From Candidatus Microgenomates bacterium (lineage in GTDB: Bacteria > Patescibacteriota > Microgenomatia > UBA8517): 40,425 nucleotides of DNA. Shown here piece by piece: positions 18,619-27,566 of this stretch. Made by a program: the position numbers and the translations under genes. The stretch covers positions 608,809 through 649,233 of the forward strand of contig JBEKNE010000001.1 in NCBI GenBank assembly GCA_049523135.1, given 5' to 3'. The notes beneath the pieces are model-generated. The model was given only the letters and a program-made list of their open reading frames with translations. It was not told the DNA's origin and searched no databases. Each line of letters begins with the position of its first letter. Within the stretch, counting starts at the first letter, position 1.

Positions 18619-19830
18619 TCAGATGTGAATTAAATTCAGAAGAAAGGACGAAAGGACGGAAAAGCCTCCGACAACAAATGATATGATACCGCTACTCTGA
18701 GGAGCAAACCCTGTATTGGGTAATCCCGGTCCACCCACAAGTTTTGACGGACCGTAATTCCCTATGGTACAACTGCTTCTGGGCGCTACGCTAAACCAAA
18801 TGGGTTGATTGGAAGGAAGAGAGCCTATCGTGGTTGAAAAACCTGTTACGTCAGTACTATACAGCCAGCTGCCATCTGTAAAACCATATTGGATATTAAA
18901 GGTATCCGTTCCCGAGTAAGGCGCCCAGCTTACAAAAATACTCGTGGGACTAACCCTTCTCGATTCTATAATAGTTGGCGCAACCAAATTGGGATTAAGC
19001 GGTGGACAATAGGGTGCTGGGGGTGCACCGGCAGTAGTGGGAGCTACTACTTTCGGGTTAACGCCCGCACATGTTTGACTAATAGTATTGCTTTGCAAGG
19101 TAACGGCCCCGTTGCGGGCCTGTGCCCGACCTTGGAGGGTCGCACCCGTATTCATTGTAATAGATGTAAGTGCTAAGATGCTTCCTATTAATGATGTATT
19201 CGTACCAAGCGTTGCGGAGCTTGGAACCTGCCACCACACATTGCACGGGTCGCCGCCAACAATATTGGCTGTACCCGAGGTAACAAGAGTGGCACCTGAC
19301 CTAAAAACCCAGACACCCGAACCCGTAAGAGTGAGGGTCCCGGTTAAACTAAATGTATCCGCACAATAAACCCCCGGCGGGAGTGAAGCCCCGGACAAAT
19401 CCTTGTTGCCACCCCCAAATTGATAGCTGGGGTCGCAAGTCCCGTTCGTACCCGTGGCAAGAGCATTATATGCGGTGACTAAGTCAGTTTTAGCATTATT
19501 TACCAGAGTTGGATTATTTCCTGCACCTCCCGCAGGCCCAGAAGGGTCTACTGCAAATATCGTACCAGACACCTCAGCATTGGTAAGCCCAGTGATATTA
19601 CTACCGGCAGCCGGGCTTAACCCAACATCCCCCGTAATAACAGAGGTTGGAATGTTAGTAATTGCAGTACCGGCCAAAACCGCAAAACCAGCAGCATTTC
19701 CGAGACCCGGCGATGTTGCCGCATATACTATTTGTGGAGCAACAAAAAAGAACTGCGTCAAGATGATGAGCAGTATTGTTAAAAATTTCGTTATTCTTCC
19801 CAGTATCCCTTTCCTTATAAAGCTTCCCAC
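18619..19830 (-). CDS. Ice-binding-like (DUF3494) surface protein with FN3-like domain and LPNTG sorting motif
   Basis: Signal ending VYA; FAVLAG, TGDVGLSP, LPPGVY, NVWWQV, ATLGT, GSILALTSIT, GRAQA; FN3-like (VSW..Y); LPNTG at 18709-18723 plus hydrophobic tail. Confidence 0.88.
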   Translation of the reverse strand: MGSFIRKGILGRITKFLTILLIILTQFFFVAPQIVYAATSPGLGNAAGFAVLAGTAITNIPTSVITGDVGLSPAAGSNITGLTNAEVSGTIFAVDPSGPAGGAGNNPTLVNNAKTDLVTAYNALATGTNGTCDPSYQFGGGNKDLSGASLPPGVYCADTFSLTGTLTLTGSGVWVFRSGATLVTSGTANIVGGDPCNVWWQVPSSATLGTNTSLIGSILALTSITMNTGATLQGRAQARNGAVTLQSNTISQTCAGVNPKVVAPTTAGAPPAPYCPPLNPNLVAPTIIESRRVSPTSIFVSWAPYSGTDTFNIQYGFTDGSWLYSTDVTGFSTTIGSLPSNQPIWFSVAPRSSCTIGNYGPSKLVGGPGLPNTGFAPQSSGIISFVVGGFSVLSSFLLNLIHI

Positions 19831-19920
19831 AATTTATATTACAAATCAGTAACATTTAATTATTGAGCTTTTCACAGATCCATGTCAAGATCCGCTGTCT
19901 TTCAAATCAAGTTGCATCTC

Positions 19921-20412
19921 TTATGTCACTATTTTTGTAGTACTCAACTCCTTAAGTTTGGCCAGAAGTTCCTTCACGGTGTAATTTGAGGTGTCTATCT
20001 GTTTATTTTCAAAAGTTCTTAAGCCTTCAATGATCCTCCGGGCAAAAACGGCTTCGTCTTTCCTCAAGTCGTTTATCCTGATTTCATTTTCCATAAAAGT
20101 TTTTGAAACAATAACCAGTTCGGCAAAAAAGGGTGCCACGTTTATAAATATATTTGATACGTCCTTGATATCAACACTGTGAACTCTTGAAGACAGGAAA
20201 AAAGTGCGGGTTATAATCGTAATTCTGCCTTCCTCAATATTAATCGTGTCCGGAAATAATTTAAAAGGAAGGCCAACGGTAGATATGGTTGCCAGTATCC
20301 GATTGGATTTTCTAACCAAACCCTCCGTTGTACTTTTATCCGCACTCTTTTTGTTGGTTACAGTTTGAGCTTCCGCCAAATGGTCACTTTGATCAAAGAT
20401 TTTAATACTCAT
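19921..20412 (-). CDS. Hypothetical protein, possible bacterial PH-like fold
   Basis: Start moved to ATG 20412 (MSIKIF) because the upstream extension overlaps the lmo0937-like gene; beta-rich core LFPDTINIEEGRITII. Confidence 0.7.
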   Translation of the reverse strand: MSIKIFDQSDHLAEAQTVTNKKSADKSTTEGLVRKSNRILATISTVGLPFKLFPDTINIEEGRITIITRTFFLSSRVHSVDIKDVSNIFINVAPFFAELVIVSKTFMENEIRINDLRKDEAVFARRIIEGLRTFENKQIDTSNYTVKELLAKLKELSTTKIVT

Positions 20413-20438
20413 ATTATTTTCCCCAATCTTAACAGTTA

Positions 20439-20579
20439 TTACAAACCCAAAAGACGAACAACCAAGACAATAACTGCAATAACAAGCAGTAAGTGGATCA
20501 AGCCTCCACCAATATGAAAAGCAAATCCTCCCAACCAGCCAACAACTAACAATATAATGATAATGTCCAATATACCCAT
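20439..20579 (-). CDS. lmo0937-family small membrane protein (46 aa, absent from the ORF track)
   Basis: MGILDIIIILLVVGWLGGFAFHIGGGLIHLLLVIAVIVLVVRLLGL; GGLIHLLLVIA signature; GGGAGGTGA RBS. Confidence 0.9.
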   Translation of the reverse strand: MGILDIIIILLVVGWLGGFAFHIGGGLIHLLLVIAVIVLVVRLLGL

Positions 20580-20603
20580 ATTTCTCACCTCCCACCTACT
20601 AAA

Positions 20604-21002
20604 CTAGTCAGTTTGTTGTTTTTCGCCGGAGAGAACACTCAATAACTTAACAATCCCCCAAGCCACAACAGCATATACAACAATTGCAATCAGTGTCGAC
20701 GATTCAAAAACCGATGTCGTTTCTATTCCTTGTGCAAGCCCGCTATGGAATATTCCCTGAAAAGGCAGAATAAAAATTCCGGTAATGCCGTAGACTAAAC
20801 CTACAAAAGCATTTCCAAGACTCGCCCCCGTCAATTTGAGAACAAAACGGAAAGCCAATAGAATTTCCAAGGCCCCAAAAAAGAAATAAACTAAATATCC
20901 AACTGTCTCTGAAGCGGTCGCCTCCATTTTAACGGGAGCAACCTTAACCGTATCTGTATTGTCTTTTTGTGTAGTTACTTTTTCGCTTACAATTTCTGTC
21001 AT
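20604..21002 (-). CDS. YggT-like membrane protein
   Basis: LEILLAFRFVLKLTGA, F..LVY, PFQGIF, TLIAIVVY; AAAGAGGGTGA RBS before ATG 21002. Confidence 0.75.
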   Translation of the reverse strand: MTEIVSEKVTTQKDNTDTVKVAPVKMEATASETVGYLVYFFFGALEILLAFRFVLKLTGASLGNAFVGLVYGITGIFILPFQGIFHSGLAQGIETTSVFESSTLIAIVVYAVVAWGIVKLLSVLSGEKQQTD

Positions 21003-21048
21003 ATTTTTCACCCTCTTTCACTATATACCTATCCTTACCAATTTAAAT

Positions 21049-21237
21049 CTAAGGATCGTAGTCTTCCTTGATTTGAAGTTTCTTAATCACCGTTTCTTTG
21101 GGTAAATAGTTGATCAGGGCTTTTTCTACAAGAGCTGTCAAACTCAATTCCTCAACAATAGCCTGGGCTTTTGCATGTTTTGTAATAGCCGGGTTCATAA
21201 AGAGAGTCAATCGTTGTTTGTTATTAATAGTTGTCAT
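21049..21237 (-). CDS. Small ribbon-helix-helix-like DNA-binding protein
   Basis: Alternating strand RLTLFM, helix, then SLTALVEKALINYL; ATG 21237 lies 7 nt after a -10. Confidence 0.7.
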   Translation of the reverse strand: MTTINNKQRLTLFMNPAITKHAKAQAIVEELSLTALVEKALINYLPKETVIKKLQIKEDYDP

Positions 21238-21244
21238 ACTACAC

Positions 21245-21273
21245 ATACTACAACTAGTTGTAGTACTTGTCAA
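21245..21273 (-). promoter_or_regulatory. Sigma70 promoter overlapped by a perfect 20-bp palindrome
   Basis: TTGACA, 17 nt, TAGTAT; palindrome TACTACAACTAGTTGTAGTA at 21246-21265. Confidence 0.8.
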
Positions 21274-21734
21274 GTGCTCTTTCGCTGCTTTAAAGCTTCA
21301 TCAATTAAAAATACCTGATTTTCCCTAAGAAGAGGAAGTTTGTCCTGGGCAAAAAAACCATATTCGGAAACTTCGTGAGACGGAACAAAATCGCCGCCGA
21401 TTAGGATACCCGTGTAGCACATATCCAGTCGGGCACTGTCGCGGTCTGTGCGGGTTTTTAGCGAATCATCGACGCTGACGACTAGGGCGGATTCCTCTTT
21501 AATTTCCCTCTCCAGAGCTTCACGCGGATGCTCGCCGGATTTTAAATATCCGCCGGGCAAGGCCCAGGCGTGAGACCTATATGTATGTTTGAAAAGAAGA
21601 ATCTCTTTTTTATCATTAAAAATAATACCGGTAACTCCGACCAAAAATTTATCCTGAAAAAAACGCATAATCACAAGTTGAACACCTTTGGAAAGATGCA
21701 GTGCCTTGTAGATTTTGGCTAAGAGGTTTTTCAC
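21270..21734 (-). CDS. NUDIX hydrolase
   Basis: WALPGGYLKSGEHPREALEREIKEES Nudix box. Confidence 0.92.
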   Translation of the reverse strand: MKNLLAKIYKALHLSKGVQLVIMRFFQDKFLVGVTGIIFNDKKEILLFKHTYRSHAWALPGGYLKSGEHPREALEREIKEESALVVSVDDSLKTRTDRDSARLDMCYTGILIGGDFVPSHEVSEYGFFAQDKLPLLRENQVFLIDEALKQRKST

Positions 21735-22075
21735 AAAGAGTTTGAATCTTCGGATTTACGGCCGGACTCGTGTCTCAGTTTTTCGTTTTCCAACTCCAAC
21801 TGGTGTACCCGTTTGGTTAACTCAAGTACTTCATCCTTTTCTTTTTTAATTTCTTTGTTTTTGCCGTGGAATGCAAAAGAGGTAGAAATAGAACCTATCA
21901 GATAAACCAAATAAGAAAGAATCAAGCCTATGAGTAAAGAGGCGACAATTACATAAAAGAGAGGAATATTCGAAAAGGTATAAAGGCCCAGATTAACCGT
22001 AACCGGAACGAAATTAAATTTTGATATATATACAAGTACTGAACCAACAATCAAAAAAAGAATTAAAACCAACAT
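21731..22075 (-). CDS. LapA/DUF1049-like membrane protein
   Basis: TM, VTVNLG..PL, TM, coiled coil. Confidence 0.7.
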   Translation of the reverse strand: MLVLILFLIVGSVLVYISKFNFVPVTVNLGLYTFSNIPLFYVIVASLLIGLILSYLVYLIGSISTSFAFHGKNKEIKKEKDEVLELTKRVHQLELENEKLRHESGRKSEDSNSL

Positions 22076-22141
22076 ACTTAATTATACGCCAATCTATGAA
22101 GTAAAAATTAACAGGTCTAGGTATAAAAATGTTGATTTAGC

Positions 22142-22585
22142 CTATTTTGAACTTGGAGTCGGAGTTAGAGCCGGAACTACCTGATTATTAATATTTACTG
22201 CACCAACCTCAACAATTATATTTGCCGACGGATCATATAAAATTGCTTTTTGGGCTTTGGTATAAATTAGGACTACATCGCCGTTTTTGGCATTTTGGAA
22301 AAAGGTCTGATCTTTTACTTTTGAAGCATCCGTCACGGTTGCAACAGTCGGCTTTTCATCCGTGGGAAGGGCAATAAGCTTCCCTACTCTGGCAACAGTG
22401 GCATCGACTTGCGCTTGAACCGCAGCGGCACCAGGGCTTAGTCCAAACCAAGCGGGCTTTTGTTGGGCCAGGAAAACTCCCCCAGCAATTCCAAGAGCCA
22501 AAACAAGCACGTAGGTAAAAGATTTAAATAACTTCCCTCCCCACCTCTTGGCTTGCGGTTTGATTTCCGGAGTTTGATTTTCCAT
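22142..22585 (-). CDS. Single-TM hypothetical protein
   Basis: TM then VGKLIALPTDEKPTVATV..FFQNAKNGD..KAILYDP; PTP tail. Confidence 0.8.
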   Translation of the reverse strand: MENQTPEIKPQAKRWGGKLFKSFTYVLVLALGIAGGVFLAQQKPAWFGLSPGAAAVQAQVDATVARVGKLIALPTDEKPTVATVTDASKVKDQTFFQNAKNGDVVLIYTKAQKAILYDPSANIIVEVGAVNINNQVVPALTPTPSSK

Positions 22586-22645
22586 ATACGTCGACTTAAT
22601 TTACACAACTTTGCAACAAATTTCAATGAGTAAATACTGTTGCAT

Positions 22646-22861
22646 TCATTTGCTGTTTTTTACCAGATTCCAAACAAAAAAGGAGATAAATGAAACAACA
22701 AAAGAGACTTCTCCAAAAACGTCTTCCCTCGGCCAAGAAGCAAAGTGGGTTAATTGCATAGGCAGCGTTTCCGGATGTACCAAAGCAACCGCAACTATAT
22801 AAATCCATCCAAGCAAGCCGAAAACGAATAATGTTAAAGAAAAAGCTCGAATAATTTTCAT
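22646..22861 (-). CDS. Small two-TM membrane protein
   Basis: Two hydrophobic segments; TATGAT 6 nt before ATG. Confidence 0.7.
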   Translation of the reverse strand: MKIIRAFSLTLFVFGLLGWIYIVAVALVHPETLPMQLTHFASWPREDVFGEVSFVVSFISFFVWNLVKNSK

Positions 22862-22951
22862 ACATTTATCATATAAATGATATGAATAAGTTACAAGATC
22901 ATCTTACATATTTACAGAGTTAACTATAAGTTGTATAAAAAAATGGACTAA

Positions 22952-23158
22952 ATGAGATCATTAATTTCTCTATTAATTTCTTTTTTCTTGTCTTTTCATA
23001 TTTTTTCAGGCTCTGTGTTTGCGGCAAAACCCACACCCCCACCCAAACCGCCAACGGTATCTATTGTTAGTGTACCTGAGTTTGGGTTAATACCGTGGAT
23101 GGTCGCTTCCCTTACATCGGGTGGAATACTATTTTTCCTAAAGAAACACAATAACTAA
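22952..23158 (+). CDS. Minimal PEF(G)-CTERM sorting-signal protein
   Basis: Signal peptide ending VFA, Pro/Thr-rich 16-mer, VPEFG (23072-23086), TM, basic KKH tail; 8 nt upstream of the exosortase gene. Confidence 0.8.
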   Translation: MRSLISLLISFFLSFHIFSGSVFAAKPTPPPKPPTVSIVSVPEFGLIPWMVASLTSGGILFFLKKHNN

Positions 23159-23166
23159 ACCGCCTT

Positions 23167-24090
23167 ATGCTTAGACTGACGAAAAAACTTAAGCGAACTT
23201 TACTTAGTTTTTTACTTTTTTTAGTGTTGTTTATTTTTATCTCCGGTATTACCGGATCTTGGGTGGTATCAACCAGACTTCTTTACAGGTTTAATTTCTT
23301 CATTTACGGAAATTTGGGGAAAATGGTACTTACCTCGATAATTGTTTTTGGTCTTTTAATCCGCAAAAGGCTTAAGCAATTGGAAAAACTTCCAAAGATT
23401 AAAACAAATATTTTTTATATCGTTCTCTCTTTTATTTTGATCCCAATATTCTTTCTTTTGGGAAATACATTACTTGAGCAAAAATTTTTCAATGCAAACA
23501 TACTTTTATCCTTGGCAACCCACGGGGTTCTAATCTTAATTCCCACCCTTTTACTTCTGGGTATTTTTGGAATTAGTTTTCTGGTTTCTTTTGCCAAACA
23601 TTTCCAAAAAGAACTATTGATATGCCTGGGCATATCAATAGGTTATGACTTAGCCATATTTCAGGTCTGGAAGTTGTGGCCAATCTTTAGTGACGGCGTA
23701 CTCCAATCCGTACGCTTTCTTCTATCCCTTACATCGTCAAACGTTATGGTAATTCAACCCAGAGTGCTTGTCGTTAATAAATTTGCTGTCAGTATTGAAC
23801 AGGCATGTTCGGGACTGGACTCGCTCTTTATTTTTTCCTCACTCTACCTTCTAATTACCATTTTGGACTTCAAGGAATTCAATAAAGTGAAGTTAATCTG
23901 TATGGCTATTCCTGCCGCAATCGGATTATATCTTGTCAACATTTTAAGGGTTTACCTTCTTGTTATAATCGGTGCATACATATCCAGCGATTTAGCGGTT
24001 AATCTATTCCATACCTATCTCGGCATGGTGCTTTTTATAATCTTTTTCTTTATATTTTGGAAATCCTTTTACGTATGGATGAAAAAATAA
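23167..24090 (+). CDS. Exosortase/archaeosortase family transpeptidase
   Basis: Multi-TM with Cys-Arg-His triad contexts IEQACSGLDS, VNILRV, LFHTYLG. Confidence 0.88.
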   Translation: MLRLTKKLKRTLLSFLLFLVLFIFISGITGSWVVSTRLLYRFNFFIYGNLGKMVLTSIIVFGLLIRKRLKQLEKLPKIKTNIFYIVLSFILIPIFFLLGNTLLEQKFFNANILLSLATHGVLILIPTLLLLGIFGISFLVSFAKHFQKELLICLGISIGYDLAIFQVWKLWPIFSDGVLQSVRFLLSLTSSNVMVIQPRVLVVNKFAVSIEQACSGLDSLFIFSSLYLLITILDFKEFNKVKLICMAIPAAIGLYLVNILRVYLLVIIGAYISSDLAVNLFHTYLGMVLFIIFFFIFWKSFYVWMKK

Positions 24091-25236
24091 TTTGTATTTT
24101 TTTTCTATTTCGTCAGCATGTATTTTAATAGAATATTGCTCAGCCTTTTTACGTGCATTTTTACCCATTTGTTGAAGGAGTTTTCGATCTGATAGTAGTT
24201 GAGTAACTTTTTCGGCAATTTGTTCTGAATTACCCGGCTCAACCAAAAAACCCGTCTTACCATCATCAAGCCATTCGGGTATTCCTCCAACTCGTGTAGC
24301 GATTACAGGTCTTCCCGATCCGAAAGCCTCAATCCCAACTAAACCAAAAGATTCGGGGCACAATGAAGGAATTACGACTAGGGTTGTTTTGTAATATAAA
24401 CTCATTATTTGCCTGTGTGACTGAAAACCAAGAAACTTCACCATATTACCAATCCTGAGTTCCTCTGTAAGTTTTTTAAGATAACTCATTTGTGGTCCTG
24501 AACCAACAATATATAAATGTAACTTTGGATTTTTAATTAATATCTTTGGTAAAGCCCTAAGTAATATATCGGCGCCTTTTATTTCCTCAAGGCGGCCGAC
24601 AAATAACAAATGATGCCATTTTTGAATAGGCTTTGTTTTTGTTAATACGATACCGTCATGCAAAGTTACAACTCGCGTGAATAATTTTGATTGTTTGGCA
24701 CATAAACAATAGAAGTCGCTACATGCGAGTACTAAATCGATTGATTTGCAATATCGACGATATAACCAAAAACGTACTTTTTCTAAATAAAATCTAGGTG
24801 ATGGCGTATTTGTAAAATAACCTGAAAGTGTCTTGTCGTAAGGAGCTAAAGTTGTTATATCTTTAAACCTTGTAGGGTCAAATGCGGTATAGTCGTGAAT
24901 AGACAAAATCGTTGGATATCGTCTAGCGACGAGAAAAATTAACGGTGATGCTTTGGAGACATTGTGCATATGTACTATATCTGGTCTGAATTGCCGAAGT
25001 GTTACCCACAATTTCCATATAGCAAACGGGTTATAGATATATAAAAATTTCAATATAGAATTATCCGAGAAAGTTTTGAAACGCCAATCAGCAATTGTTT
25101 TACCATTACTCGCTTCATCTCCAGCAAGAATTCGTACCATGTGACCTTTTTTTTCAAGCTCACGACGAAGTTGTGCGATCATTATTTCGGTACCTCCGTG
25201 CATAGTACCAATATTATTCACGAATAGAATTTTCAT
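24004..25236 (-). CDS. GT4 glycosyltransferase
   Basis: MKILFVN..GGTE, PDIVHMHN, FVGRL..KG, PESFGLVGIEA, GGIPE. Confidence 0.92.
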   Translation of the reverse strand: MKILFVNNIGTMHGGTEIMIAQLRRELEKKGHMVRILAGDEASNGKTIADWRFKTFSDNSILKFLYIYNPFAIWKLWVTLRQFRPDIVHMHNVSKASPLIFLVARRYPTILSIHDYTAFDPTRFKDITTLAPYDKTLSGYFTNTPSPRFYLEKVRFWLYRRYCKSIDLVLACSDFYCLCAKQSKLFTRVVTLHDGIVLTKTKPIQKWHHLLFVGRLEEIKGADILLRALPKILIKNPKLHLYIVGSGPQMSYLKKLTEELRIGNMVKFLGFQSHRQIMSLYYKTTLVVIPSLCPESFGLVGIEAFGSGRPVIATRVGGIPEWLDDGKTGFLVEPGNSEQIAEKVTQLLSDRKLLQQMGKNARKKAEQYSIKIHADEIEKKYKLFFHPYVKGFPKYKEKDYKKHHAEIGME

Positions 25237-25250
25237 GGTTTTAACATATA

Positions 25251-27566
25251 TTATTTAAATATAATTGATTCGCCATTATTATAAATTATATTTTTATTAA
25301 TATTTAAAAACGTCGTTGGAAATTTGTAAGTAATTAATACTCCCCTTGTATATATATAAGCTTTCTTTTCAAGTGTATTTGTATAACTTGAATAGACATA
25401 AGCATGTGTATCTAATGTAGACGGGAAAACACTACCATCAACACCATTCTCATTATCATAATTTGATAACCACAATTTATACCATCCCCGTTCATCTGCA
25501 TAAATATAATCTTGCGCGTCTTCGTTTGAGAGTAACCAATTGGCAGATCTGACTTCTGACTCATGTGTATATAGCTCGTCATAACCATCGTTGTTATTGG
25601 TTAATTGCATTAATTCATTTGTCCCTCCCGTAATTAGCGTTGTAAAACCTGAGAAAGATAAGAAATATGATAAAAAAATAACAGAAATAAATATAACTGA
25701 GACATTTTTATTAATAAATTTAAATAATATCAATGTACCAAATACGGCAGGCAGGGATAGTAAAACCAATAATTGCTGATACGTTCTTGTTAAATCGTAG
25801 ACAATCGAGGCAAACGGCAACGTCATTACTGCTATTAAACCTAAAATACTAAATATAACTAGCGATACGTACTCAATATCAATTTCCCGTTTTTTTAACT
25901 CCCAAAATAGCATATAGAACGCGCCAATAATGATGAATATTTTTACTAGTTTTTGGATTAACGCATCATAATAATAAACTGTTGATGTTAAGATAGAATT
26001 ATTTTTTAAGGATACCGTGTCAGAAGGCGCCAGCTCCACACTATAATCGTTAAGTTTCTCCTGTGGATACAGATTAATACTTGGTATATTTCTGTATTCG
26101 GAAGTAATTTCTTTTAAATAATCTTGTAATAACAAATTTGGATCCTCTTGTTTATAAAATATATTAAATTGATCAAATGGTGATGTTTGCTCCGCCCGTA
26201 CATCTCCGCTAAAAATATTTCCCATATTTTGAACTGTCTCATCGGTAAAATTAACTAAATCATTAGAAATCTTCGTAACTTGAGTGTACCAAATGAAGCT
26301 AAAAACAATAAAAAAAGCGACAATGGTTCCGCTAAGATAATATTTTCTTTTCTCCCTTACCCCTCTTTTCTTTAAGCAAAGTTTTTCATACACGTTAGAA
26401 AAATATTTTTTGTTTTCAGTTTTTCTAAAAAATAAACAGGCCAAGAAAGTAAAAACAAAAAGAGCAAGTGCAATGTAAGTTGTTGAATAATGTGAAATCA
26501 CCATTGAAAATAAAAAGGTCAGAAGTAGCACATTTCTAGGCATCGGTCTGACAACTCTGTTAAATAGTGCCAGCAAAACTAAAGCAAAAAAAATCAAGGC
26601 AATTTCTTGTCTAATCGGTACACCTGCGCCAGAAGGAAAATCAGGTTGCGATACAAAAAAGAAAGCAGCTAAAAAGGCAAATATGCCTTTTGTATATTTT
26701 TTTAGAAATAGGTAAACCACAACAGGAACGATTGAAAATATCACTGGAATTATTAATTTGAATATATATTCGTCATTGATTTTGAGATAAAGAGAATAAA
26801 CAGTAGGAAGAACTGAAATGCTTAGGCATGCATTATAAGCACCCTGAAATAGTGACATACTCCAATATTTATTTTCTTTAATAACCTGAAATATGTGATA
26901 CTCCACATTTGTATCAACCCCAGAAACATACCAACTTCTCAACCACCATGACAACAATAAGGAAAGGGATATAAACAAAATGGACCATGGATAAACACAT
27001 TCGTTGAGTTTATTCCGGAAAAAGACAATAAGAATAATATAGATCACGATTCCTCCAAGCATGATCATGGTCAAATAATTGGAGCCGCCGTTGTTCAAAG
27101 TTATCGCTCCTAAAATACTTAAAATTGGAAAAATCACCGAGGTTATAAAAAACTTTTTGTTTAACCGATCAAGCTTTGGAAATCTAAGTATCAGCGAAAT
27201 ATATTTATTTCTTTTGTAAGCAATAATTCCAAAAATTGAAAGAGTAACATTGAAACAAATAAGTAAAGGGGTTAAAGAAAGCGGTTGGTCTGTAATATGC
27301 AGCCAAGGAAGAACCCAGTTTACAGCTAGGCCTGCAAACATTAATAAGGCAATACTAAACCCAATTGTGTAAACCAAATATTCCCAAAATTCGAGCTTCC
27401 TTATTTTGAACATTAGCATAATCAAAAGTCCGGGGATTGTTGTTAAAAAGATAAAGGAAAATACTGCCCTAATATAAAAATATTGGATATCAAAAATGAC
27501 TAAAAGGTTTGTAATCAGTCCGAAGATTAATATTCCTATAAAGATTTTACTTTTCGTTAGCTTCAT
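25251..27566 (-). CDS. DUF2206-like polytopic membrane protein (possible GT-C fold)
   Basis: Many TM segments, G.D..EY loop, RQEIA, SHYSTTY, C-terminal IYAD...IYNNG; ATG 27566 preferred. Confidence 0.78.
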   Translation of the reverse strand: MKLTKSKIFIGILIFGLITNLLVIFDIQYFYIRAVFSFIFLTTIPGLLIMLMFKIRKLEFWEYLVYTIGFSIALLMFAGLAVNWVLPWLHITDQPLSLTPLLICFNVTLSIFGIIAYKRNKYISLILRFPKLDRLNKKFFITSVIFPILSILGAITLNNGGSNYLTMIMLGGIVIYIILIVFFRNKLNECVYPWSILFISLSLLLSWWLRSWYVSGVDTNVEYHIFQVIKENKYWSMSLFQGAYNACLSISVLPTVYSLYLKINDEYIFKLIIPVIFSIVPVVVYLFLKKYTKGIFAFLAAFFFVSQPDFPSGAGVPIRQEIALIFFALVLLALFNRVVRPMPRNVLLLTFLFSMVISHYSTTYIALALFVFTFLACLFFRKTENKKYFSNVYEKLCLKKRGVREKRKYYLSGTIVAFFIVFSFIWYTQVTKISNDLVNFTDETVQNMGNIFSGDVRAEQTSPFDQFNIFYKQEDPNLLLQDYLKEITSEYRNIPSINLYPQEKLNDYSVELAPSDTVSLKNNSILTSTVYYYDALIQKLVKIFIIIGAFYMLFWELKKREIDIEYVSLVIFSILGLIAVMTLPFASIVYDLTRTYQQLLVLLSLPAVFGTLILFKFINKNVSVIFISVIFLSYFLSFSGFTTLITGGTNELMQLTNNNDGYDELYTHESEVRSANWLLSNEDAQDYIYADERGWYKLWLSNYDNENGVDGSVFPSTLDTHAYVYSSYTNTLEKKAYIYTRGVLITYKFPTTFLNINKNIIYNNGESIIFK

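Noticed and set aside
20413-20595. Cys/Tyr-rich N-terminal extension of the 224-aa ORF
   Set aside because: Alternate-frame shadow of the lmo0937-like gene at 20439-20579
22623-22865. 80-aa alternative-frame ORF
   Set aside because: The overlapping 22646-22861 frame gives a coherent two-TM protein with a -10 at leaderless spacing
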